Shown here: in pieces, positions 6,005 through 16,473 of the stretch | Layout of the letters: every line of letters begins with the position of its first letter | Numbering within the stretch: the stretch's first letter is position 1 | Notes under the pieces: generated by a model | The model's input: the letters and a program-made list of their open reading frames with translations, nothing else | Database searches by the model: none | What the model was told of the DNA's origin: nothing | Assembly (NCBI GenBank): GCA_043821645.1 | Contig: JBDRCO010000122.1 | Location: 1 to 33,276, forward strand | Source: Pseudomonadota bacterium | Lineage (GTDB): Bacteria > Myxococcota > JACRCW01 > JAFGSX01 | Direction of reading: 5' to 3' | DNA: 33,276 nucleotides | Program-made: the position numbers and the translations under genes

Positions 6005-8362
6005 TCAGCGCGCCGTGGCGGGCAGGTCGACGAAGGGCGCGTCGGGCGTGTACAGGAACCGGTACACGCTCCACGAGCGCAGCACGCGCTTGGTGTAGCC
6101 CCGGGTCTGCTCGATGGGAATGTTCTCGATGCTGACATCGAGATCGGCTGTGGGTGACGCTGCCATCCACTTCTTCACCGCGTTCGGTCCAGCGTTGTAG
6201 GCCGCGATGGCCAGCGCCGGGTTGCCGTCGAAGGTGCGGATGCGGCGCGCGATGTGGGCGCTGCCCAGCCGCACATTGAGATCGGGCTCGGTCAGTCTTT
6301 CCACCTTGAAGTCCGCGACCCGGTCCAGGGCCGCCTCGTCCCGGGCTGTCGAGGGCATGAGCTGCATCAGGCCCACGGCACCGGCCCAGGACACCACGGG
6401 CGCATCAAAGGCGCTCTCCTCGCGGATCAGGCCGTACACCAGGTTCTCGTCGAGGGAACGGCTCTGCGCCCAGCGCGATACCGCGTCGGAGTAGCCTCGC
6501 GGGTAGCCAGCGTGCCACAGCGCTGCATCGGCAGGGTCCGGGCGGCCCACCAGCTCGCGCTCGGCGCGCTTGCGCACCAGCCAGTGCGCGGCGTGGGTGT
6601 CGCCGGCCCGCCTCAGATCTTCCGCCACCGCCAGCACCCCGGGCATGTCCAGGCTCGAGCCATCGATGGTGTTGAGCAGCTCGACCGCCTCCTCGTCGAG
6701 AGCCGCCTGAACCAGGGCATGACCCAGGCGCGCTGCTGCAAGGTCCGGGACCACGATGGACGCTACCTGGCTGGCCGCCTGTTGCACTTGCACGGCCTGC
6801 TCCACCATCCAGCGATCCAGGTTGGCCGCGCGCTCGGGCACCTGCCTGTGCAGCAAGGTCCTCGCCAGCACACCGTAGTAGCTGGTGGGGTCGGCGCGCA
6901 GCAATCCCTCGAGATCGTCGATGGCAGCCTCGCGCTCGTCCCTGGCAACGGCATCTGCAGGTCCAGCGCCGGACACTGCTCTCTCACCGTCTGGACGCGT
7001 GATCTGGCCACCGGCAAGACCGAGCCGCGCGCGCCAGTACACCGCCTGCTGGTAGGGGCGGGAATCCGGGGCGCCGGCTTCGGCCCGAGCGATGGCATCC
7101 AGCCTATCCCGGGCCAGTGCCTGCTTGCCGTCGAGAAAAGCACCCCAGGCCAGGCGCCAGCGTGCCTCGGGCGCGTAGTCCCCCGTCGGGTGCTGATCCA
7201 CGACCTTCTGGTAGAAGCGTTCGGCCTCGGCGTGGCGGCCCTGGCGTGAGAGCACGTCGCCGGAGAAGAACAGCACGTCATCGGTGTACTCGTGCGCGGG
7301 AAAGTTCTCGGCGAAGCGATCGTAGGCAGCCAGGGCCTGGGCGTTCTGGCCCCGGAAACCGGACACCATCCCCAGCAGGTACAGCGCCCGCGGTGCCTGC
7401 TCCGGACACCGCCGCGACAGGGGCTCGAGCACGCGCGCGGCCTGGCTGTGACGACGCAGGTTGCGCAGGCTCTTGCCCTCGACGTAGCCGGCGCGACAGC
7501 TCAGAGTGGCCTCGTCCGTCTTCACGGCGCGCGATGCCTGGAGGGCCTGTTCCAGTTGACTGGCCTCGAGCAAGCGCTCGGCGCGGATCACCGCCCCCAG
7601 GGGCCCGGCGCGACGCTGGATCGCGGCGAGATCGGCACCCAGGAAAGGATCCTCGTCGACGGGAAAACCCGGGACGGTGAGGACATCCGCCGGGTGGCTG
7701 GCCCACAACTCGGCGAGCATCGTGATGCCCAGGTCGGGCTGGCCAGCTCCCCGAGCATCGCGGGCAGCCTCGGCCAGCAGGGGGGCACGCAACACATCGG
7801 TGAGGGGCAAGCCGCGGGGTCCGGTGCGTTCGATGGCCTCGAGCGCCTGTGCGGGTTGACCGGCCCGCCGCAGCGATTGCGCCAGGCCCAGGGTCGCCCG
7901 CAGCATCACGTCGTCGGCCTGGGCGCGCTGGTACCAGCCCGCCGCTTCGGCCGGATGCGCACTCACCAGCAGCACATCACCCATGCGGATGGCCAGACGA
8001 GCGGCCACGGCGCCATCCCCCGCCGCCGCCGCACGCTGGTACAGGGCCTGGAACAGAGGCAGCGCCAGGTCAATGCGGCCCGCCCCCTGAGCGGCGCGCG
8101 CCAGGACCGTCGCGGCCACCCCATCGGCCTCGACGAGGGCAGGCAGATTCACGGCGACACCCGCAGCAGACTTCTCCAGGGTGGGCTCGAGCAGGGCAAG
8201 GGCGGCTTCCGCCTGCCCCTGATGGAGCAGGCTGCGGGCCCGTTCCACCTCGGCGCGGGTTGCAGGCTGGCTGCTCGGCACAGCGGCAGGCAGAGTCTGA
8301 GTCCGAGCCTCGCTCGCAAGCAGCGAGGCGATCAGGGTGACGCTCAGGGTGTGGATCTTCAT
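6005..8362 (-). CDS. slt: Soluble lytic murein transglycosylase (Slt70-like) with TPR repeats
   Basis: Start MKIHTLSVTLIASLLASEA (signal peptide) at 8362, TPR-like helices, C-terminal SLT motifs IREES, AVGLMQLMP, AIAAYNAGP, EQTRGYTKRV. Confidence 0.9.
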   Translation of the reverse strand: MKIHTLSVTLIASLLASEARTQTLPAAVPSSQPATRAEVERARSLLHQGQAEAALALLEPTLEKSAAGVAVNLPALVEADGVAATVLARAAQGAGRIDLALPLFQALYQRAAAAGDGAVAARLAIRMGDVLLVSAHPAEAAGWYQRAQADDVMLRATLGLAQSLRRAGQPAQALEAIERTGPRGLPLTDVLRAPLLAEAARDARGAGQPDLGITMLAELWASHPADVLTVPGFPVDEDPFLGADLAAIQRRAGPLGAVIRAERLLEASQLEQALQASRAVKTDEATLSCRAGYVEGKSLRNLRRHSQAARVLEPLSRRCPEQAPRALYLLGMVSGFRGQNAQALAAYDRFAENFPAHEYTDDVLFFSGDVLSRQGRHAEAERFYQKVVDQHPTGDYAPEARWRLAWGAFLDGKQALARDRLDAIARAEAGAPDSRPYQQAVYWRARLGLAGGQITRPDGERAVSGAGPADAVARDEREAAIDDLEGLLRADPTSYYGVLARTLLHRQVPERAANLDRWMVEQAVQVQQAASQVASIVVPDLAAARLGHALVQAALDEEAVELLNTIDGSSLDMPGVLAVAEDLRRAGDTHAAHWLVRKRAERELVGRPDPADAALWHAGYPRGYSDAVSRWAQSRSLDENLVYGLIREESAFDAPVVSWAGAVGLMQLMPSTARDEAALDRVADFKVERLTEPDLNVRLGSAHIARRIRTFDGNPALAIAAYNAGPNAVKKWMAASPTADLDVSIENIPIEQTRGYTKRVLRSWSVYRFLYTPDAPFVDLPATAR

Positions 8363-8503
8363 GGTCTGCACGCCCTTGGTAACAGTGCGCGCTCGCACGC
8401 TATTCCGGACAGGCTCCGGGGACAAGCTGTGCACGGGCGGTTGCGTCGTGGCGAGGGGTCTGCTACCGAAGAGCCCTTTGTTGTACGTCACGAGGGAGAG
8501 CAC

Positions 8504-9562
8504 ATGAAGACCCTGGGGATGGCATTGTCGATCGGCGCTCTGTGCGCGAGCGTTGTGGCCTGCGACACGACGAACCCGGGCACCGCGACCACCACCGGCG
8601 GGACCGGTACCACCAAGGGCACGACCCTGGCCAAGGTGGGTCCGACCGTGATCACCGTCGAGGACTTCGAGGCCAAGCTCAATCAGCAGAGCCCCTTCAT
8701 CCGCAGCCGCTACGCCGACCTCGAGAAGCGGCGTGAGTACCTGGACAACCAGATCCGCTTCGAACTGCTGGCGCTGGAGGCGCAGCGCCGGGGCCTGGAC
8801 AAGGATCCCGAGGTCGCCGACAGCATCCGCAAGATCATGGTGCAGAAGCTTACCCGCGAGGAGTTCGACAACCGGGTCAAGCTCGAGGACATCACCGACG
8901 CCGAGATCCAGAAGGCCTTCGACGACAACGCCGACGACTACCACAAGCCCGAGATGGTGCGCGTGTCGCACATCTTCTTCGCCGGCGGCCAGGACAAGGC
9001 CGCGGCCCGCAAGCAGGCCGACACGGTGCTGAAGCAACTCAAGGCCAAGCCCGACGATCGCATGCTGTTTCGCACCCTGGCCCAGGAGCATTCGGCCGAC
9101 GAGACCACCAAGGCCACCGGCGGTGACCTGCGCTATCTGTCCAAGGAGCAGTACGCCGAGAAGTACGGCCCCGTGGTGGCCGAGGCCGTGTTCGCCCTGG
9201 CCCAGCTCAACCAGCTCTCCGACGTGGTCGAGGGGCAGGAGGGCTACCACATCTTCAAGCAGACCGGTCGACGCCAGGCCATCGAGCGCACCCTGGATCA
9301 GGTGTGCACCCAGATCCGCAACCGCCTGTACCGGGACAAGCGCACCGAGGCCTTCAACGTCTTCGTCGAGAACCTCAAGAAGCAGGCCGGTGTGACCATC
9401 GACGACGCCAAGCTCGCGGCCATTCAGATCGCGAGCGCCCAGCCTCCCCATGGCATGGGCTCACCGACGACCGAGCCCATGGCGCCCCCGGCTGGCAGCC
9501 CCACGGGCGTGGCTGGCGAGCAGGTGCCCAGCGCTCCGGCGCAACCCGACGGCGAGGAGTGA
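8504..9562 (+). CDS. PpiC/parvulin-type peptidyl-prolyl isomerase, lipoprotein
   Basis: RBS GAGGGAG, lipobox VVAC, VRVSHIF, HSADETTKATGGDL, GYHIFK. Confidence 0.9.
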   Translation: MKTLGMALSIGALCASVVACDTTNPGTATTTGGTGTTKGTTLAKVGPTVITVEDFEAKLNQQSPFIRSRYADLEKRREYLDNQIRFELLALEAQRRGLDKDPEVADSIRKIMVQKLTREEFDNRVKLEDITDAEIQKAFDDNADDYHKPEMVRVSHIFFAGGQDKAAARKQADTVLKQLKAKPDDRMLFRTLAQEHSADETTKATGGDLRYLSKEQYAEKYGPVVAEAVFALAQLNQLSDVVEGQEGYHIFKQTGRRQAIERTLDQVCTQIRNRLYRDKRTEAFNVFVENLKKQAGVTIDDAKLAAIQIASAQPPHGMGSPTTEPMAPPAGSPTGVAGEQVPSAPAQPDGEE

Positions 9563-9563
9563 G

Positions 9564-10523
9564 GTGCGCCTCCGCGTCCTCACCCTGTGTGGTGTGCTGA
9601 CTGTGGTCGGCTGTGCGCGGCCCTCGGTCGTGGATCCGGCGACCCAGGTCCTGGCCCTGGTGGATGAGCAGCCCCTGTATGCCCACGAACTCAAGCGCGT
9701 ACTCGCCGGCTATCTGCAACCCGGGCAGGATGGCGCGTCCAAGGTCGCCGTCGCCACCGCTCTGCTCGACGAGATGATCGGTGAGCGCGTGCTGCTGCTC
9801 GAGGCCGACCGGCAGGGCGTGCAGGTCAGCCGGGAAGAAGTCACCGAGGTGCTCGAGCGCTCGGCCCAGGGCTACCGCGTGCGCGATTTCCAGGAGCTGA
9901 TGCACAGCGTCTACCTGACCCCGACCCTGCTGCGAGAGCGCGTCGAGTCCCGCCTGCGCATCGAGCGCCTGGTGCAGAAGAACGTGACGGCCCCCCCGGC
10001 CTTCGACGACGCCGCGCTGCAGGCTTACTACGACTCCCACCTGCAGGAGTTCCAGCTGCCCGAGCAGGTGCGCGCACGCCAGATCGTGGTGCGCACCCGC
10101 GAGGAGGCCGAGAAGATCCGCGAGCAGGCGCGCAAGCAGCCCTTCGACGAACTGGCACGCCAGCATTCGGTGTCGCCCGAGGCCGAGCGCGGCGGCGATC
10201 TCGGCCTGTTTGGACGTGGTGGCATGCCTCCGGTCATCGAGGACACGTGCTTCGCGATCAAGCCTGGAGAGATCTCCGACGTGGTCGCCGGAGAGTTCGG
10301 GTTTCACCTGTTCCAGGTGGTCGAGGCGCGCCCGGCCGAGACCATCCTTTTCGAGCAGGCTCGAGATCGTATCGCCCAGGACCTGGCCGTTGAGCACCGG
10401 CAGACCCAGGCCTCGACCTACATCGCCGCGCTCAAGAACAAGGCCCAGGTGGTCCGCCACCTGGATCTGCTGGCTGGCATCGTCGACAGCGTCGCGCCCA
10501 CCCCGCACGCCGAGGAGCCCTGA
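9564..10523 (+). CDS. PpiC/parvulin-type peptidyl-prolyl isomerase (SurA/PrsA-like), lipoprotein
   Basis: GTG start, lipobox VVGC, QVRARQIVV, FDELARQHSVSPEAERGGDLG, FGFHLFQV. Confidence 0.9.
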   Translation: MRLRVLTLCGVLTVVGCARPSVVDPATQVLALVDEQPLYAHELKRVLAGYLQPGQDGASKVAVATALLDEMIGERVLLLEADRQGVQVSREEVTEVLERSAQGYRVRDFQELMHSVYLTPTLLRERVESRLRIERLVQKNVTAPPAFDDAALQAYYDSHLQEFQLPEQVRARQIVVRTREEAEKIREQARKQPFDELARQHSVSPEAERGGDLGLFGRGGMPPVIEDTCFAIKPGEISDVVAGEFGFHLFQVVEARPAETILFEQARDRIAQDLAVEHRQTQASTYIAALKNKAQVVRHLDLLAGIVDSVAPTPHAEEP

Positions 10524-10524
10524 C

Positions 10525-11523
10525 ATGACCCCGCTCATCCTGAGCGCGCTGCTGCTGGCCCCGGCCGCACCGGCCGAGCACCTGCTCAGCCGCATCGTCG
10601 CCGTGGTCAATGAGGACGTGGTGCTGCTCGACGAGGTGGAGGAGGCCGCGGGCCCGCTCCTCGAGCGCATTCCCGGTGACGTCTCGACCGACGACAAGCT
10701 CGAGCGGTCGCGCCGGCTCAGGCGTCAGGTGCTGGAGACCCTGATTGCGGACAAGCTGCTCGAGCAGCAGGTCGAGGTCCTCAAGATCGAGGCCAGCGAG
10801 CGCGAACTCGACGGCGTGATCGAGGACCTGCAGAAGCAAAACAGCCTGACCCCGGAGCAGTTCGAGCTGGCCCTGCGCGGCCAGGGTTTGACCCTGCGCG
10901 AGTATCGCGACGGCCTGCGCAAGCAGCTGCTCAAGATGAAGATCATCAACGTCAAGGTCCGCAGCAAGGTGCAGGTCTCGGATCAGGACGTCAAGAACCT
11001 GTACCAGCGCCAGCGCGCCGCCGCCGACCGCGACCTGAGCTACCGCGTGCGGCACATCCTGTTCCTGGCCCCCGAGACCGCCACCGACGACGAGGCTGCT
11101 GCCGCGCGCGCGCGCGCTGTGTCCGCCCGCAAGCGCCTGCTGGCCGGTGAGGACTTCGCCGCCGTGGCCCGCGCCGTGTCGGAGGCGCCGGATGCCCCCC
11201 AGGGCGGCGACCTGGGCTTCTTTCGTCCCGGGGACATGGTCGAGAGCTTCGAGAAGGCTGCCCTGGCGCTCGAGGTGGGTCAGGTCAGCGCGCCGGTGCG
11301 CACTCCCTTTGGATGGCACCTGATCAAGCTCGAGGAGCGCCGCACCGGGAAGGTGGCCGACCTCAAGGAGGTGGAGCGACAGCTCCGCGAGCGCCTGATG
11401 CAGGAGGAGGTCGAGGTCGCCTTCGGCCGCTACATCGACGAGCTCAAGAAGAGTGCCCACATCGAGCGCCGCCTCGACCCCAGCTTCGCCGACGACGACG
11501 GAGCCAGCGCGAAGGGCCCGTGA
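10525..11523 (+). CDS. surA: SurA-like periplasmic chaperone/PPIase
   Basis: SurA N-terminal RIVAVVNEDVVLLDEV; parvulin motifs YRVRHIL, GGDLGFF, PVRTPFGWHLIKL; directly upstream of pdxA as in the conserved surA-pdxA arrangement. Confidence 0.8.
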   Translation: MTPLILSALLLAPAAPAEHLLSRIVAVVNEDVVLLDEVEEAAGPLLERIPGDVSTDDKLERSRRLRRQVLETLIADKLLEQQVEVLKIEASERELDGVIEDLQKQNSLTPEQFELALRGQGLTLREYRDGLRKQLLKMKIINVKVRSKVQVSDQDVKNLYQRQRAAADRDLSYRVRHILFLAPETATDDEAAAARARAVSARKRLLAGEDFAAVARAVSEAPDAPQGGDLGFFRPGDMVESFEKAALALEVGQVSAPVRTPFGWHLIKLEERRTGKVADLKEVERQLRERLMQEEVEVAFGRYIDELKKSAHIERRLDPSFADDDGASAKGP

Positions 11524-12431
11524 GCGCGCGCCTGGCGATCACCCTCGGCGACCCCCGGGGCATAGGCCCCGAGGTGGTCGCCCGGGCACTCACCGATCCC
11601 GATGTGCACGCCCGCTGCACACCCCTGATCTTTGGCGACGCCACCTTGCTGGCCCGTCCCTACGTGGCGGACTGCAGCGAGCACGACGCGGCCCTGGCGG
11701 CAGCAGCCGCCCTCAAATCCGGCGTGGATGCCGTGCTCGAGGGACGCGCCGACGCCCTGGTCACGGCCCCCCTGCACAAGAGCGCGCTGCTCGCCCTCGA
11801 CGGAGGCCCCTACATGGGCCACACCGGCTACCTGGCGTACCGCTGCCAGGGTACGCCGCTGATGGTCTTCGTGGGCCCCGGGATGTGTCTGGCGCTGCTC
11901 AGCATCCACGTCCCGGTCGGCGAGGTGCCCCACCTGCTCACCGAGATCGGCAGCCATGGCATCGCGCGCCGCCTGCACATCTTCGCCGACGGGCTGCGCC
12001 AGGACCTTGGGATCGCCCGGCCACGCATCGCACTGCTCGGCCTCAACCCCCATGCGGGGGAGGGGGGTCTGCTCGGCGTCGAGGAGCAGCGCGTGCTGCG
12101 GCCTGCGATCGACGAGGTGCGGCTGCTCGGCATCGATGTCGAGGGCCCGCTGCCCGCCGACGGATACTTCGGGCGTGTCGCGCGCGATGGTCCCCAGCAC
12201 GACGGTGTGGTGGCCTGCTATCACGACCAGGGCCTGGTGGGGTTCAAGACCCTGGTGCCGCGGCTGGGTGTGCAGATGAGCTTCGGGCTTCCCATCGTGC
12301 GCACCAGCGTGGCGCACGGCACCGCGCGTGACATCGCGGGCCAGGGTCGGGCAGATGCCGGAAGCATGACCGAGGCCCTGCGGCTGGCCATCGAGATCGT
12401 CGACCGGCGGCGCCTGGCCCGTCTTCAGTAG
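11520..12431 (+). CDS. pdxA: 4-hydroxythreonine-4-phosphate dehydrogenase
   Basis: GTGA overlap with surA; ITLGDPRGIGPE, ALVTAPLHK, GHTGYL, GLNPHAGEGG, GPLPAD, YHDQG, RTSVAHGTARDIAG. Confidence 0.95.
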   Translation: MSARLAITLGDPRGIGPEVVARALTDPDVHARCTPLIFGDATLLARPYVADCSEHDAALAAAAALKSGVDAVLEGRADALVTAPLHKSALLALDGGPYMGHTGYLAYRCQGTPLMVFVGPGMCLALLSIHVPVGEVPHLLTEIGSHGIARRLHIFADGLRQDLGIARPRIALLGLNPHAGEGGLLGVEEQRVLRPAIDEVRLLGIDVEGPLPADGYFGRVARDGPQHDGVVACYHDQGLVGFKTLVPRLGVQMSFGLPIVRTSVAHGTARDIAGQGRADAGSMTEALRLAIEIVDRRRLARLQ

Positions 12432-13324
12432 TCCACCACGTCCTGGTCCTGTGGTGCCGGGGGTGCGGTCTCCTCGGGGGAGATCCCTGCCGGGTCCTTT
12501 TCCACAAGCGGAGGCGGCACGGCACCTTCGCCAGCGGGAGCGCGCATCGTGCTCCCCGCCGCCGGCGCTGAAGAAGTCACGGCCGGTTCGTCGACGCCGC
12601 CCCACAGCCAGGTGGCGCCCACGGCGCCGACCAGGGTGATCGCCGGCGCCAGCAAGGACAGTGCGACCCCCGTACCAAGAACCAGGAACTTTGGCTCGAC
12701 CTCCCCCGGCGCGGAGCGCAGCGACGACAGGCGGTCGTCGAGGATCGTGAGCGAGGCCACGGCGAGACCCAGCCCCGACAGGCCCACGATGGCGCCAGGA
12801 ACCGAACCCAGAACACCCCACCACGGCGGCCGACCGTCGACGAGCGCGCCGATAATCGCGCCCACCGCGACACTGAAGGGACCGAGTCCTCCGCCGAGAA
12901 CCACCGCCACCGCATTGGTCACCAGGGCTCCGGCGATCCCGATCACGGAGATGCAGCAGGCACCAAAGGGATCGCGCGCCTGTGAGGCCTGGTTCAGGGA
13001 CTCGATCAGGAAGTAGATACCGAGGCCCGAGATGCTGCCCGACACCAGGGTGCAGGCCGTGCACGCCGCGCCACCACCGATCGCCGCGCCCCAGGGAAAG
13101 CCCGAGCCCCCATCCTCGACCACGGCAGGGGACGCCGTGGGATCCGCTGGCAGCGCCGGAACTGGCTGCGTCGTCGAGCTTGCGCTGCCGTCGCCAGCTG
13201 GTGCCGGAACCACCGGGGGCGCCGGGAACATGTCTGCAGGCCCGCTCTGAGCAGCCGCCGGTGCGGCCAGGGCCACCACCAGACACCATCCCGTCGACCA
13301 CAGCACGGTTCGGCTCGGGGACAT
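12425..13324 (-). CDS. Hypothetical Gly-rich multi-pass membrane protein with signal peptide
   Basis: RBS GGAGG, AAA-Q cleavage site, Pro-rich linkers, several Gly-rich hydrophobic segments with CTAC and ACC. Confidence 0.75.
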   Translation of the reverse strand: MSPSRTVLWSTGWCLVVALAAPAAAQSGPADMFPAPPVVPAPAGDGSASSTTQPVPALPADPTASPAVVEDGGSGFPWGAAIGGGAACTACTLVSGSISGLGIYFLIESLNQASQARDPFGACCISVIGIAGALVTNAVAVVLGGGLGPFSVAVGAIIGALVDGRPPWWGVLGSVPGAIVGLSGLGLAVASLTILDDRLSSLRSAPGEVEPKFLVLGTGVALSLLAPAITLVGAVGATWLWGGVDEPAVTSSAPAAGSTMRAPAGEGAVPPPLVEKDPAGISPEETAPPAPQDQDVVDY

Positions 13325-13372
13325 GCGCCCTCCTTCAGGTGCTGCGGTGAGTGTAGCGCAGGTCCCGCCAGC

Positions 13373-14512
13373 TCAGGGCAGGAAGCTCTTGGGATTGGCC
13401 AGCTTGGCGGGCAGGTACTCATCCATGACGTAGTTGAGGCCCCACTTGGCCAGGGCCTGCTGCTCGGCGCGCACGCCCATCTTGATCTGCTGCTCCAGGG
13501 CCGCACGCCATTTGGGATGGGTCTCGAAGAAGGGATCGTTCTTCAGCGCGTCCCTGGCCCGCTTGATGTCCTGCTCGGTGAGCGGGTGGGTGGCGTCCTC
13601 GAGTTTCCAGTCGATGATGTCCTGGGGTGTTACACCCAGGAACTTGGCGTCGGGCACGCAATAGAAGCGGTTGATGTGCGCGGCGTTGCCCGAACCCACC
13701 TTGAGCGTGCGGTAGATGTTGGAGAAGCCGTAGGGGTCGCAGTCGGTGAAGGCAAACACGGGGATCTGCGCCGACTCGCTGAGGCGGCGGATGAAGCGGC
13801 GGCATGATCGGCTGGGCACGCCGTTCATCGACACGATGATGCAGTTCGACTTCTCCCAGAACTTGTGGCTCTGCAGGCGCTGGAACACGCCATGAGTCTC
13901 GATGGCGAGGATGAAGCTGGCCCTGGTCTTGAACTCGAGGTGCTCGACGAAGCTGGGTACGCTGTAGGCACCCGAGCCGAAGCGGGTGCAGTCGATGTCG
14001 ATGCGCTCGCCAGTCTCGCGATCCCGATCGATGACGACCAGTTCGCCGGCCAGCGCGCCACCGTGCTCCTGGGGGATGAAACGCATCTGCTCGCGCGTCA
14101 CGCCCCACACCGAGAACAGGGCCTCGAGATCGTCCATGACCTCGTCGCTCTCGGGCTGCTCCTTGAAGCGCGCGTCACCCCAGTTCTTGCTCTGGTAGTA
14201 GGCGTCTCGCTTGGTGGCGAAGTCGTCGGACTCGACCATGAACTTGCTCAGGGCCATCATCTTGAGGCTCTGGGCGAAGGTCTTGACGGTGTTGACGGTG
14301 AGGGCGCGGATCTTCTTGGCGCGGCCGATCTCGAAGAAGCCCTTCTTCACGTCGTAGTGCACGTTGGACAGGCTACGTACTGGAAAGGCCATCTCGGGCT
14401 TCTGGCCCTTCTGGATCTTGTCGTAGATGCCGCGCGCGCCCTCCTCGATGGCGGCGATGGTGGCGGCGTCCATCTTCTTGGCCTCGGGGCTGCGAAACGT
14501 TCTCTTGGCCAT
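13373..14512 (-). CDS. top6A: DNA topoisomerase VI subunit A (Spo11-like)
   Basis: TKRDAYY (catalytic Tyr region), Toprim LAIETHG and FTDCDPYG, NGVPSRSCRRF, RAEQQAL. Confidence 0.95.
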   Translation of the reverse strand: MAKRTFRSPEAKKMDAATIAAIEEGARGIYDKIQKGQKPEMAFPVRSLSNVHYDVKKGFFEIGRAKKIRALTVNTVKTFAQSLKMMALSKFMVESDDFATKRDAYYQSKNWGDARFKEQPESDEVMDDLEALFSVWGVTREQMRFIPQEHGGALAGELVVIDRDRETGERIDIDCTRFGSGAYSVPSFVEHLEFKTRASFILAIETHGVFQRLQSHKFWEKSNCIIVSMNGVPSRSCRRFIRRLSESAQIPVFAFTDCDPYGFSNIYRTLKVGSGNAAHINRFYCVPDAKFLGVTPQDIIDWKLEDATHPLTEQDIKRARDALKNDPFFETHPKWRAALEQQIKMGVRAEQQALAKWGLNYVMDEYLPAKLANPKSFLP

Positions 14513-14553
14513 GTCTTGTATCCGTCGACGTCGGGGGATGGCGAGGGGCGAAC

Positions 14554-16473
14554 CTACAGCTTGCGGCTGCGCTCGAGGATCTCGCGGATGGTCTGCACCG
14601 TCACCTGGGTCTGGGCCTGGCTCAGGCCGAGGATCTCCTGCAGCGCCTCACCGATGGGATCGATGTACTTGTGAATGTACTTCGCCTTCTTCTCCTCGTC
14701 GGCCTCGCGCCGCCGTCGCCGCACGTGGATCGCCAGGCGACGACCCGCCTCCTGCAGGGCCAGCTTGAGCTCGCGCAGGATCTCGGGGTAGTGGGCGATG
14801 GCTTCCTTGGATTCCGAGGTGTAGGGCACCCAGGCGCTGGCGATGTGGACCATGACCAGCATGGGTGCCGTCGGCAAGGCACCGCGGGACTGCGGGATGT
14901 CGTAGTTGCGCCACGCGGTCTGCATCACCGACTTGGTCATGGCGCAGGCCGACTGCTGGTACAGCAGCGGCACCCGGTTGGCGAAGCGAAACACCCGCGC
15001 CAGCTGATCCGCGGGCAAGGCCTTGCCGTAGGCGATGCCCACCTCGACCTGGAAGGGGTTGCCACGGTACACGGCCGGCGGACGCGTCACGGCGGTGACG
15101 AACATGCCCTGGGTCTCGATGCCACTGTCCGGGTCCACCTCGGCGGTGGCCACGATCTGGTCGACCAGCTCCTCACCCACCTCGTCGAGACTGGTCTGGT
15201 CCGCGTGCAGCAGGGCCAGCATGCCGCGCTGTATGGCCTCGACGCCGATGGGCGACAGACAGCTGGTGGGCGGGGCCATGATCTTGGTGGCCTGGATGGC
15301 CTGGTACAGGGCCTCGACGTGCTGGCGGTGCACCTCCGAGGTGGTGGTGCGCGGCCCGAGCTGTGCGGTCGCGAGGATCTCGCCGGCCACCTTGTCGCTG
15401 ACCCGCGAGAAGCTCTGCACCAGGAACTGGCGCACGGTCAGCCCTCGGGCCTCCTTGAGCATGCGCATCAGGATGCCCAGCTCGACACCGTGCGGGTGCG
15501 GCTGTATCTCCTGCGCCTCCTCGGGTGCCTGCGACACCACCCGCGCGAAGCGCAGGGCTGGACCCTTGGGCGGCACGTAGGCCAGCTCGGTGTGAGGGTT
15601 GGCCAGGGCCGTCTGCCTCAGATAGCTCTCGACCGAGTGCTGGCCTCCCTTGAACGAGGCCTGCAGCTCGATCTGCACCAGGGTGCCGCTCTCCTTTTCG
15701 TTCCAGTACGTATCGTCGGTCAGCACCTGATCACTCAGCACCACGGGCTGGTTCTTGATGGTGTCGATCTGCTGCTCGAGCCTGTGCACATCGCGGCCAT
15801 GGCCGGTCTTGGAGATGATGGTGATGGGCCGCCCGGTGGTGATCTGGCCGTACATGGCCGCCGCCGAGATGCCTATGCCCTGCTGGCCGCGCGACTGCTT
15901 GAGGCGGTGAAACTTGCTGCCATACAGCAGCTTGCCGAAGATCTTGGGCAGCTGCGCCTTGACGATGCCAGGGCCGTTGTCCTCGACGGTGACGATGTAG
16001 CGGTCCTCGCTCACTTCCTGGATGGCCACCGCCACCTGAGGAAGAATGCCAGCCTCCTCGCAGGCATCGAGAGCATTGTCCACTGCCTCGCGAACCGTCG
16101 TCAGCAGGGCCTTGTGCAGATTATCGAAGCCGAGCAGGTGGCGGTTCTTGGTGAAGAACTCGCTCACCGAGATCTCGCGCTGTCGGTTCGCCATGTCCTG
16201 CGCCGTCTGGCGCCGGGCGACCTTGGGCTGCCGACCACGCCGAGGCGTGTCCGCGATCACGGGCTCGGTGTCGACGGACAGCACGGCCTGGGCCGGGGCC
16301 GCGGCACCGTTGCCCTTGCGCTTCGGGGTGCTGGCGGCCGGGGCACGGCGCGGCGCCTTGCTCGGGGCCGACGCCAGGAACTCGAGCTGGTCGCCCTTGG
16401 CCTTGCCGTTGCGCTTGGACCCGCTGCCCTTGCGAGCCGGGGTCGTGCGCGAGATTCGTGTGGTGGAGCTCAC
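14554..16473 (-). CDS. top6B: DNA topoisomerase VI subunit B
   Basis: [20 protein letters not shown] motifs [42 protein letters not shown]; transducer [10 protein letters not shown] and [14 protein letters not shown] start with GAGG RBS. Confidence 0.95.
   Translation of the reverse strand: MSSTTRISRTTPARKGSGSKRNGKAKGDQLEFLASAPSKAPRRAPAASTPKRKGNGAAAPAQAVLSVDTEPVIADTPRRGRQPKVARRQTAQDMANRQREISVSEFFTKNRHLLGFDNLHKALLTTVREAVDNALDACEEAGILPQVAVAIQEVSEDRYIVTVEDNGPGIVKAQLPKIFGKLLYGSKFHRLKQSRGQQGIGISAAAMYGQITTGRPITIISKTGHGRDVHRLEQQIDTIKNQPVVLSDQVLTDDTYWNEKESGTLVQIELQASFKGGQHSVESYLRQTALANPHTELAYVPPKGPALRFARVVSQAPEEAQEIQPHPHGVELGILMRMLKEARGLTVRQFLVQSFSRVSDKVAGEILATAQLGPRTTTSEVHRQHVEALYQAIQATKIMAPPTSCLSPIGVEAIQRGMLALLHADQTSLDEVGEELVDQIVATAEVDPDSGIETQGMFVTAVTRPPAVYRGNPFQVEVGIAYGKALPADQLARVFRFANRVPLLYQQSACAMTKSVMQTAWRNYDIPQSRGALPTAPMLVMVHIASAWVPYTSESKEAIAHYPEILRELKLALQEAGRRLAIHVRRRRREADEEKKAKYIHKYIDPIGEALQEILGLSQAQTQVTVQTIREILERSRKL

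Noticed and set aside
6005-9562. 1148-aa (minus) and 756-aa (plus) overlapping giant ORFs
   Set aside because: Their N-terminal extensions are antisense shadows of each other's real genes; the true starts are at 8362 (slt) and 8504 (PPIase), each with a signal peptide.
13373-16473. Topo VI-like defence or plasmid system (topo VIII, Wadjet JetD)
   Set aside because: Canonical full-length A and B subunits in a housekeeping context, with no SMC or other defence genes adjacent.
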